Shown: positions 52,418 to 59,478 of the stretch, piece by piece | How positions within the stretch are numbered: position 1 is the first letter of the stretch | Layout: each line of letters opens with the position of its first letter | From: a virus | IMG/VR virus record: IMGVR_UViG_3300043570_002836 | Location: 1 to 64,000 of that record | Direction: 5' to 3' (one strand) | DNA: 64,000 nt | Notes under the pieces: model-generated | Databases searched by the model: none | What the model saw: only the letters and a program-made list of their open reading frames with translations | Told to the model about the DNA's origin: nothing | Made by a program: the position numbers and the translations under genes

Positions 52418-52598
52418 TTGTTATTTCATTAAATTCGTTAATACCTCTACGTCTAAGGTCCCTATATTGGGATATCATAAAATTACTAATTTTATCGGGA
52501 TTATGTTCATGTAAGTCCAACATTTTTTGTGCACTTGATACATCATCTAAAAAATCCAATAATTGGTATTTTACATACTTGTCATTTCCCACTACCAT
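52392..52598 (-). CDS. Small hypothetical protein
   Basis: ORF within the operon. Confidence 0.5.
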   Translation of the reverse strand: MVVGNDKYVKYQLLDFLDDVSSAQKMLDLHEHNPDKISNFMISQYRDLRRRGINEFNEITNGKKISNR

Positions 52599-52755
52599 AA
52601 CATTCTAATTTTTTATCTTTTACATTCCACAAGTCTTTAACCCCTTCCGTCATATGACAATTGTGTTTCTTTTCCATTCTTTTTCCGAACTCCACAATCA
52701 TATCATTATGACGATTACGAATAAAATGGGGACATTCTTTACAAGGTTTTTTCAT
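52582..52755 (-). CDS. Small Cys/His-rich protein, 57 aa (MKKPCKECP...NCHM...ECYG), not in ORF track
   Basis: Translated by hand; fills the operon gap. Confidence 0.65.
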   Translation of the reverse strand: MKKPCKECPHFIRNRHNDMIVEFGKRMEKKHNCHMTEGVKDLWNVKDKKLECYGSGK

Positions 52756-52758
52756 AAT

Positions 52759-53427
52759 TTACCCAACAACATTTAACATTTCATCAGTGTGGTGGTCCTT
52801 TTCAATCTCTGAATGGATTGGTTGTTTATTTAGCAACGGAACCAACTCTCTCATCAGGTGGTATGGTCTAAATTCTAAGTGACCATCAATACCAGCATCA
52901 ATTCGTTTTCCTTTACCCAACCTTTTATTGTTAGGTAAGTGACAGTGACCGTGTAAGTGCATTGCACCTTTACGTAAGTTATTCCACGAGTCAATCGGGT
53001 AGTGCATCAATTGAATTTCTATTTTACCGATTTTTAATGTGTTATAGTGTGACACACTTGTAAATAATTCTTGAACCTCATCACGGTTATTTTCAATATG
53101 GTGGTCGTGGTTTCCAAGGATTAAATGTATGTTTTTACATATAACTCTATCTCTGAATTTTTGAATAGATTCAAATCCCCCAAAAGACCAATCACCTAAG
53201 TGTATTAAAATATCATCCTCTTTAACAATACTGTTAATGTTGTTAACAATAGTATCATTCATTAAATCCAAATTTTTGAAATCACGAGTTTCGTTAATTG
53301 GAACTGAACCATCAGGTTTTCTCCAACTAGTAGTCCCACGACAAATGTTCGCATGATTGTAGTGTGTGTCCGATGTTACCCAAACATCAGGAAATTCTCC
53401 TTTTTTATTTGCTATAATTTTAATCAT
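52759..53427 (-). CDS. Calcineurin-like metallophosphoesterase
   Basis: SDTH, HLGD, GNHD, HYP, HGHCH. Confidence 0.9.
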   Translation of the reverse strand: MIKIIANKKGEFPDVWVTSDTHYNHANICRGTTSWRKPDGSVPINETRDFKNLDLMNDTIVNNINSIVKEDDILIHLGDWSFGGFESIQKFRDRVICKNIHLILGNHDHHIENNRDEVQELFTSVSHYNTLKIGKIEIQLMHYPIDSWNNLRKGAMHLHGHCHLPNNKRLGKGKRIDAGIDGHLEFRPYHLMRELVPLLNKQPIHSEIEKDHHTDEMLNVVG

Positions 53428-53912
53428 GTTAATTCTAATTCTCTTTGTTTATACCATTCAGGGACTTCTCTATTTTTCCACACCGCAAACCCTGATTTAG
53501 CTCCTGTGTAATAATTTCTATACGATTCAACAACACTATCTACTTTATACTCATCAGGCATTGCCTTTGGGGGGTTGGTAAATCCTTTGTCAACTATGTT
53601 TGGTTTCATTTTTAAACACCATTCAATAACTTCTTGAGATTTATGTCTCTTACCATAACGATATGTGTATTCATAACATAATTCCAACCCCAACTCACAC
53701 AAATACAAATAGTTAGATAACGATTCTCTCGACCATATCGCACTTGGATGATTTTTGTGAGATAATTTATACGGTATCTCAGATTGTGTTTCAACAACGT
53801 GATGAACACCACATAAAAGTTGTGCGGTCTCAAGTATCATTTTAACTACGTGCTTATCACAATGATATTCCGCACATTTCTTGACATCAAAATCCAATAT
53901 AAAAACGTTCAT
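53424..53912 (-). CDS. Pyrimidine-dimer DNA glycosylase-like protein
   Basis: MNVFILD...HCDKHVVKMILETAQLL, HKNHP, YRNYY. Confidence 0.75.
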   Translation of the reverse strand: MNVFILDFDVKKCAEYHCDKHVVKMILETAQLLCGVHHVVETQSEIPYKLSHKNHPSAIWSRESLSNYLYLCELGLELCYEYTYRYGKRHKSQEVIEWCLKMKPNIVDKGFTNPPKAMPDEYKVDSVVESYRNYYTGAKSGFAVWKNREVPEWYKQRELELT

Positions 53913-53934
53913 GTTGCTAATATAATAAAAATTA

Positions 53935-54405
53935 TTAAACGGTGTGTTCTATTTTTACTCTTACACAAGTTTGGTCCTGACCCTCATTCATTAAGAAGTT
54001 ATTAATATAACCCATAATGTTTGCTGACCCGATTGGGTTTGCTGAGTGAACAACAACTTCAGGAAATCTGACAGGTGTTTGTTTTTTATCAAATCTACTC
54101 ATTGTTAAACGTTTTGGGTATTTATCGTAGAATTCGTTAACCATCCATTTAGCAACATCGTATCCTGTTTTTTCTTCGATGTTATCGTAATTTAATTTGT
54201 AATTTTTAGATACGTTATTGAAGTACTCCTGCATTGCGGTATCACCTAAATCGTGGTCTAATGAAATTAATGAAATGTTAGTCATACCAACTTTATTCAC
54301 CAAGTTAACAAACTCGTGAAAATTTCTTACTACTAACCAATCTTTATCGACAGGTGTACGGACATCGTCTAGGTAAATCCTCACCTTATTTAAATTTTCT
54401 CCCAT
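53935..54405 (-). CDS. Cyclic-phosphate-processing receiver-domain protein
   Basis: YLDDVR, ISLDHDLG, TGYD, VHSANP.G. Confidence 0.8.
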   Translation of the reverse strand: MGENLNKVRIYLDDVRTPVDKDWLVVRNFHEFVNLVNKVGMTNISLISLDHDLGDTAMQEYFNNVSKNYKLNYDNIEEKTGYDVAKWMVNEFYDKYPKRLTMSRFDKKQTPVRFPEVVVHSANPIGSANIMGYINNFLMNEGQDQTCVRVKIEHTV

Positions 54406-54439
54406 ATTAAATTTTTATATTGTTTTTCTTTTTGTCTTA

Positions 54440-54805
54440 TTATTTAGAATTTTTATTTAATTTAATTAAAGTGAATAATTGAACAATAACGATTAAAATG
54501 ATGTTTAAGATAAAAAGTGGGATTCCTATTACAAAGATAATAAGATTAGTAGTTTGATAATCATAACCATAATCGTCCCCGATGTAGTTGATTAAATCAC
54601 AACACCAAGTGAATACATTTAAGTTATATTCTGGTTTAAGGTCAGATAGGATACTGAAAAACTCAAAATAAGAGTTATAAACTTCGTGATTTTTTAAGTA
54701 ATAAGGGTTTGCAACAGATAAATCGTTACCTAATAAAACAAATAATAAATAAAATACAATCCAAAATGTGATTGATAAAAAGTAAAGTGTCTTAACAGTT
54801 CTCAT
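54440..54805 (-). CDS. Membrane protein (two TM segments)
   Basis: Hydrophobic N- and C-terminal segments; -7 element at 54827-54834. Confidence 0.65.
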   Translation of the reverse strand: MRTVKTLYFLSITFWIVFYLLFVLLGNDLSVANPYYLKNHEVYNSYFEFFSILSDLKPEYNLNVFTWCCDLINYIGDDYGYDYQTTNLIIFVIGIPLFILNIILIVIVQLFTLIKLNKNSK

Positions 54806-54849
54806 AGTTCCAAAGTTTAGTTAAGACAAATATACTAAAATTTTACATA

Positions 54850-55986
54850 TTACGCATAATCGCTTTGATTTAATTCAATATTAATTTTTGGTTTGTTATT
54901 CAACCCATCATCAGGGTGTTCAAGATAACCTAATTGTCGAATAGATAAATAATACCCAACATTATTGTCATTTTTAATTTTCCATATCTTTTCAGGGTAA
55001 GATAGACCTTCTAATTCTTTGGGTGTGGTTTTAATATCGTCAATTTTTTTAAAATCATAAATATCCGTAACATAAAATTTATCACCAACTTTTTTATAAG
55101 AAAAACGGCCTAAAGTGGTTGCGACCATAAATTTAGGGTTAGCAAATAAAGTATTCAAAATCATATCACTCGATTTAGTACCTCCAGGTCCAAACCATTC
55201 TTTTTCGATACCACCACCATAATCAACATACTCAACACTACCATAAGTTGTTTTACCTGTTCGTTTAATAGCATTATTAATAGTACTCATAATTATGGTT
55301 TTTTGAGGTCCTGTAAAATCATCAGTGGATAAATCACGAGCAAAAAATAATTCAGCAACATTAGGGAATAACTTTCTAAAATATGATTTAAGACCTTTTT
55401 TGATAGGACTAAATGCGGGAAATAAAGGGCTTGATAAAACGGCTAAAATATTCGCCCAAGAAGACCAAGAGGGTCCAGAATTTTTTGATTTTAATTCGTT
55501 AATATAGTCAGTTTTAAATTTGGCGTAAGACGATTTTGTAATGTTATCCATAACACCCGTTTTATTAGTTGGGATTATGGAATTATTATACCAACCTTTA
55601 TGGGTTTTATTCATCCATAATTGAAATCCTTTTAAAAAGTCAACATTTTTTTTCGACTTATTATTAGTCGTATCTTTTGTTTTTAATTTATCAATATAGT
55701 CTTTAATTTTGCCGTGTAATATTGTAATTGCTTTAGGATTATTAGTTAAATCAACCCATTTTACCCCATTTTTATTTTTTGCAAACCAAACACCTTTTAA
55801 TAATTTATAATCATAGGTTTTGTCAAAATTAGTATAAACACCATCATTAATATTTTTAAGATATTTATCATAAAAACTTTGATTATCGTTTTTAAAATAA
55901 TTTGAAGATGGTGATAGTTGTTCAGATAAAATATTTTTGACTAATGTTAATAATTGATTCTCGTTTAGACGTATTATTTTTTTCAT
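54850..55986 (-). CDS. Hypothetical protein with MKKIIRLNE leader
   Basis: Shared N-terminal motif; late motif at 56001-56008. Confidence 0.65.
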   Translation of the reverse strand: MKKIIRLNENQLLTLVKNILSEQLSPSSNYFKNDNQSFYDKYLKNINDGVYTNFDKTYDYKLLKGVWFAKNKNGVKWVDLTNNPKAITILHGKIKDYIDKLKTKDTTNNKSKKNVDFLKGFQLWMNKTHKGWYNNSIIPTNKTGVMDNITKSSYAKFKTDYINELKSKNSGPSWSSWANILAVLSSPLFPAFSPIKKGLKSYFRKLFPNVAELFFARDLSTDDFTGPQKTIIMSTINNAIKRTGKTTYGSVEYVDYGGGIEKEWFGPGGTKSSDMILNTLFANPKFMVATTLGRFSYKKVGDKFYVTDIYDFKKIDDIKTTPKELEGLSYPEKIWKIKNDNNVGYYLSIRQLGYLEHPDDGLNNKPKINIELNQSDYA

Positions 55987-56048
55987 AAAAATTTCTTTAT
56001 TATAAATACATTTTAAATGAAAAAAAAGCGTAAGGAATAGAATAAAGT

Positions 56049-56154
56049 TATTAATACAGGTTTCGAACCTGTGAGTCCCCGTGTATAGGTATCATACATA
56101 CCACATTCCCAGACTTTATGTATGCTCAACCATAAGCCACTCGGTCAATTAATG
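56049..56154 (-). ncRNA. tRNA-like RNA with expanded, non-canonical anticodon arm
   Basis: ATTAAT/ATTAAT acceptor, class-II-like D arm, ACAGG-TTCGAAA-CCTGT T arm; CATACATA/TATGTATG stem with 16-nt loop. Confidence 0.6.
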
Positions 56155-56159
56155 AACCT

Positions 56160-56366
56160 CCCCTGAGATTACGGAGAGTAGATATTCTCAGTTTTTCTTA
56201 TACAAAACCCAACGCGTCTTACCGCTTAAAAATCAACCATTACGTCGGAGTGAGGATGGTGTTCCACACTATTAACCCAACGACCCCCTTTACAAATCCT
56301 AATGAGGTATCAGATATATCATTGTTTAAGTAACGATACCAAATCTACTGAGTTTCTCGAACTCAT
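56160..56366 (-). ncRNA. Candidate structured ncRNA (~205 nt) at the end of tRNA array B
   Basis: AGTAGAT/ATCTACT long-range pairing crossing CTGAGA/TCTCAG; no ORF. Confidence 0.45.
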
Positions 56367-56368
56367 TG

Positions 56369-56443
56369 TGGAGACAGTGGGAATCAAACCCACCCCACGG
56401 TGAATGCAAATCACCATCGCCAAGTCTTGGAACATTTGCCCCC
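56369..56443 (-). tRNA. tRNA-Ala(TGC)
   Basis: GGTGA-TTTGCAT-TCACC; G3:U70. Confidence 0.85.
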
Positions 56444-56453
56444 ATTTTATTTG

Positions 56454-56526
56454 AGCGGGTGGAGGTAATCGAAACCTCGTCCTTAGATTGGAAGTCTAAT
56501 ATAATAAGCCACTATACGACACCCGC
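56454..56526 (-). tRNA. tRNA-Gly(TCC)
   Basis: TTAGA-CTTCCAA-TCTAA. Confidence 0.92.
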
Positions 56527-56612
56527 AAATTTGGGTAGAATCAGACGCGTTCTGTCTACCGAGACCTCATCGTTAATGAATTACTTCATCAGAGCGTACT
56601 GAGACACTATTG

Positions 56613-56692
56613 TGAACCTGGAGGGAGTCGAACCCTCAACCATATGGACTTCGGCTTAAACGAAGCGTGTTTACCAATTTCACCACAGGTCC
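56613..56692 (-). tRNA. tRNA-Leu(TAA)
   Basis: CTTCG-TTTAAGC-CGAAG; long variable arm. Confidence 0.9.
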
Positions 56693-56698
56693 ATTTTG

Positions 56699-56771
56699 TA
56701 GTCCTATCAGGATTCGAACCTGAATCAAAGAGGTAGAAGCTCTTTATGTTAATCCCTTACACCATAGAACC
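56699..56771 (-). tRNA. tRNA-Arg(TCT)
   Basis: AAGAG-CTTCTAC-CTCTT. Confidence 0.9.
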
Positions 56772-56780
56772 AAATTGTTG

Positions 56781-56852
56781 AGGGCTGGGGGAATTTCGAA
56801 ATCCCGACCTTTCGATTAACAGTCGAAGGCTCTTCCTCTGAGCTACCAACCC
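56781..56852 (-). tRNA. tRNA-Asn(GTT)
   Basis: TTCGA-CTGTTAA-TCGAA. Confidence 0.9.
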
Positions 56853-56866
56853 TTATATTTGTTTTG

Positions 56867-56939
56867 AGGTCTCTAACGGATTCGAACCGTTATCCCTGGG
56901 TTACAAAGCCAGAATAATAAGCCATTATACTAAGAGACC
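56867..56939 (-). tRNA. tRNA-Thr(TGT)
   Basis: CTGGC-TTTGTAA-CCCAG (C31:C39 mismatch). Confidence 0.85.
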
Positions 56940-57158
56940 AATTTGTGATTACTCCTTGGGTGTTTCATCACATTTACGTGAATGGAGTGGCCAAACTCAC
57001 TAACAACACGGACATTAGTTTTTAACAAAATAACTATCGTCAAAAATCGTCAGTTTTTATCAACCAAAACTGAATAAACGGACTGTCGTATTTGTTAACA
57101 CTATTTAAGTGCGTGTTACCTACGTTCACAATCAGAACCCTACTTGTTTACACTCCCG

Positions 57159-57230
57159 CGGTCTATGAGAGAATCGAACTCTCAGCACATCCGTGACAGG
57201 GATGTATGTTAACCATTACACTAATAGACC
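57159..57230 (-). tRNA. tRNA-Asp(GTC)
   Basis: CATCC-CTGTCAC-GGATG. Confidence 0.92.
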
Positions 57231-57235
57231 TTTAG

Positions 57236-57306
57236 TAGCGGATTCAGGACTCGAACCTGGCCTCGGGGTTATGAGCCCCACGTGCTACCATTTACACTAA
57301 ACCGCG
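57236..57306 (-). tRNA. Initiator tRNA-fMet(CAT)
   Basis: GGG/CCC anticodon stem; C1:U72 mismatch. Confidence 0.88.
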
Positions 57307-57311
57307 ATGTG

Positions 57312-57383
57312 TATTCCCACGGAGAATCGAACTCCGATTTTATGGATGAAAACCATAGGTCCTAACCGTTAGACGATGGGAAC
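57312..57383 (-). tRNA. tRNA-Glu(TTC)
   Basis: TATGG-TTTTCAT-CCATA. Confidence 0.92.
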
Positions 57384-57450
57384 GTTTAATTGTCTTACAA
57401 ATCTAAGTATTTACTTTTGATTATACAAGACCTTTTTAATTTTTTTTCTG

Positions 57451-57524
57451 TGGTCCAGATAGGATTCGAACCTATGACCTTCGCTTTATGAGAGCGCCGC
57501 TCTAACCACCTGAGCTACAGAACC
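57451..57524 (-). tRNA. tRNA(CAT), probably Ile2 (lysidine, reads ATA)
   Basis: CGCT-CTCATAA-AGCG; Ile-like D arm; leader B contains ATA and no internal ATG. Confidence 0.8.
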
Positions 57525-57529
57525 TTATG

Positions 57530-57602
57530 TACCCCCAACAGGATTCGAACCTGTAAAAAATAGTTCCTAAAACTATCGTGTCTACCTTTCCACCATAGGG
57601 GC
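57530..57602 (-). tRNA. tRNA-Leu(TAG), unusually short variable region
   Basis: ATAGT-TTTAGGA-ACTAT. Confidence 0.85.
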
Positions 57603-57652
57603 GTTTACTTCTATTCCAATACGTCAATGAACTCTTGTTCTGTTTTGTCTGA

Positions 57653-57686
57653 CAAATCTAATACTTTTATTTTGATTTGCCAAACT
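57653..57686 (-). promoter_or_regulatory. Bacteroidota-type promoter (TTTG...TAGATTTG) between terminator B and tRNA array B
   Basis: Matches the -33/-7 consensus; boxA-like GTTCATTGAC at 57623-57632. Confidence 0.7.
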
Positions 57687-57694
57687 TAGGTCAT

Positions 57695-57726
57695 AAAAAA
57701 AACCCCTCTCTTTTGGAGAAGGGTTT
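57695..57726 (-). terminator. Attenuator-type terminator B
   Basis: AAACCCTTCTC-CAAAA-GAGAGGGGTTT followed by T-tract; 5' arm complementary to GGAGTAGG spanning the leader stop codon. Confidence 0.85.
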
Positions 57727-57758
57727 CATTTAAATTTTATCTTAATGAATTAACACAC

Positions 57759-57827
57759 CTACTCCGATACACAAGGATTGTCCCCCTCCGTTCTCGCATT
57801 TAAAAGTATGTTATTCAAATTTTGCAT
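57759..57827 (-). CDS. Leader peptide B, MQNLNNILLNARTEGDNPCVSE (putative attenuator of tRNA array B)
   Basis: Codons 3-17 are all cognate to array B tRNAs and cover all 10 elongators. Confidence 0.8.
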   Translation of the reverse strand: MQNLNNILLNARTEGDNPCVSE

Positions 57828-57892
57828 TACTATGTCGTTTTTTATTAAATATATTGTACTTCTTGAAAAGTTCAATAGTTTATGAAAAAAAA

Positions 57893-58450
57893 TTATTTTT
57901 TTATGAATACGTATATAGTATTTGTACCATAATTAGTTGATGAGGTAAACCCATCTTTAAAATATTCTTTATTTGTCCAAGATTCTTTGAATGATTTTCT
58001 AGAGATAACTAAACAATCTGTAGGTATCATATTATAAATTTCGGCATCAATATTATTGGGGAATAACGTATTATCCATGTAGATTACTGTGGCATCAGAA
58101 ATATCACAATTTAAAATATTGTCATTAATAAATGAAATATTATCATTTTTGATATTATGAGTTTCCATTAACTTTAATGATGTTTCGTATCGTTCACGAC
58201 TATACTCAATACCACAAGATTTTTTGGGGTTATATTCCACCCCAATATGGATTACTATTTTCCCAATACCTGAACCTAAGTCATAAAATACCGTATCATC
58301 ATTAAAATGTGTTTTGTATTTGTTAACTATTTCGTTAATTGAATCGTAACCTGTTTCTCCATAACCTTCTGACCCGACAATATTAACATCAAATTCTGTT
58401 TTATTGTGGATGTTATATGAATTAAAATTATATAATGTTTCTATCGACAT
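57893..58450 (-). CDS. SAM-dependent methyltransferase (DOT1-like); start moved to ATG 58450 outside the tRNA
   Basis: YGE, FYDLGSGIGK, GIEYS..R, DATVIY. Confidence 0.8.
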   Translation of the reverse strand: MSIETLYNFNSYNIHNKTEFDVNIVGSEGYGETGYDSINEIVNKYKTHFNDDTVFYDLGSGIGKIVIHIGVEYNPKKSCGIEYSRERYETSLKLMETHNIKNDNISFINDNILNCDISDATVIYMDNTLFPNNIDAEIYNMIPTDCLVISRKSFKESWTNKEYFKDGFTSSTNYGTNTIYVFIKK

Positions 58451-58464
58451 ATTGGTAAATTTTG

Positions 58465-58545
58465 TGGGAGTGGAGGGATTCGAACCCCCACGCAATAAAG
58501 ACCTGATTTACAGTCAGGCGAGCCAGCCAGTTGCTCAACACTCCC
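58465..58545 (-). tRNA. tRNA-Tyr(GTA), copy 2
   Basis: CCTGA-CTGTAAA-TCAGG. Confidence 0.9.
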
Positions 58546-58584
58546 AAGTTAGGAAAGAGGAAGATGGTTTGTACGTCTTTTATT

Positions 58585-59079
58585 TTAGACCTCCAAATTT
58601 TTATTAAATAAGACATCACCTTCTTTCATATATTCTTTTTTCACTTTTTCAATCAAGGATTTCAAAGCGGAGTTACCTTGTGTTGTTTTTTTAAGGTCTT
58701 CAAGTTTAGGACTACCTTTAAAACTAATCTTAGTATAAGACGTTCCGTTTTCTTTACCCCATACAATGTTAGTTAAACACAACTTGTCAATTTTCTTTTG
58801 CTCCTTTTCTTTTTCTTTCTCGAATAGAATATCATCAATAACTGAATCAAGTGTTCGTGAATAACCAAACTCTTTTGGTAAAGTTTTACAGAAGTTATAA
58901 ACCTCATCTAAAACTTTAGACATACCTTCATTTAAAGGTTGGATATTTGTATTACCACCGTGTCCGTCATTTTGAGCGTATGCCGTTTTTTTACCGTTTA
59001 TAAAAACATCAGCCATGAAACAAGTAGTTTCTTCGCTAAACATTTTGTTAATCTTTACATTTTTAAGTTCTATTTTCAT
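58585..59079 (-). CDS. Hypothetical protein between the two tRNA-Tyr copies
   Basis: SEETTCF.A...INGK....A.NDGHGG; own -7 element at 59100-59107. Confidence 0.75.
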   Translation of the reverse strand: MKIELKNVKINKMFSEETTCFMADVFINGKKTAYAQNDGHGGNTNIQPLNEGMSKVLDEVYNFCKTLPKEFGYSRTLDSVIDDILFEKEKEKEQKKIDKLCLTNIVWGKENGTSYTKISFKGSPKLEDLKKTTQGNSALKSLIEKVKKEYMKEGDVLFNKNLEV

Positions 59080-59155
59080 ATTGTTTTTTTTTTGTCTTAC
59101 AAATCTACAATTTTAATTTAGTTCTCACAATAGTTTTTTTATTTTTTTTTTTAAG

Positions 59156-59236
59156 TGGGAGTGGAGGGATTCGAACCCCCACGCAATAAAGACCTGATTT
59201 ACAGTCAGGCGAGCCAGCCAATTGCTCAACACTCCC
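59156..59236 (-). tRNA. tRNA-Tyr(GTA), copy 1
   Basis: Identical to copy 2 except one D-loop base. Confidence 0.9.
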
Positions 59237-59308
59237 AAAACATATCGTAGATTGTCCTTCACAATTTAACGGCGGGTTTGAACTTAATCAACTCTCCTAC
59301 GATATTTG

Positions 59309-59380
59309 CACACCACCAAGGACTCGAACCCTGACCAAATGGGTTGGAACCATTTATGCTAGCCATTACACCAATGATGC
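59309..59380 (-). tRNA. tRNA-Trp(CCA)
   Basis: AATGG-TTCCAAC-CCATT. Confidence 0.9.
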
Positions 59381-59404
59381 GAATAATGAAACTTTGTTTC
59401 ATTG

Positions 59405-59478
59405 AGGACAGAGAGAGGTTCGAACTCTCGAATAATGGATTTGCAGTCCACCCCCTTAGACCACTCAGGCATCTGTCC
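59405..59478 (-). tRNA. tRNA-Cys(GCA)
   Basis: GTGGA-CTGCAAA-TCCAT; U73. Confidence 0.92.

Noticed and set aside
56575-56592. CTGATGA hammerhead core on the minus strand here and at about 61213-61220
   Set aside because: No correctly placed GAAA or stems I-III around either copy; kept only as unknown structured spacers.
58451-58495. N-terminal extension of the methyltransferase ORF in the track
   Set aside because: It overlaps tRNA-Tyr; ATG 58450 is the more plausible start.
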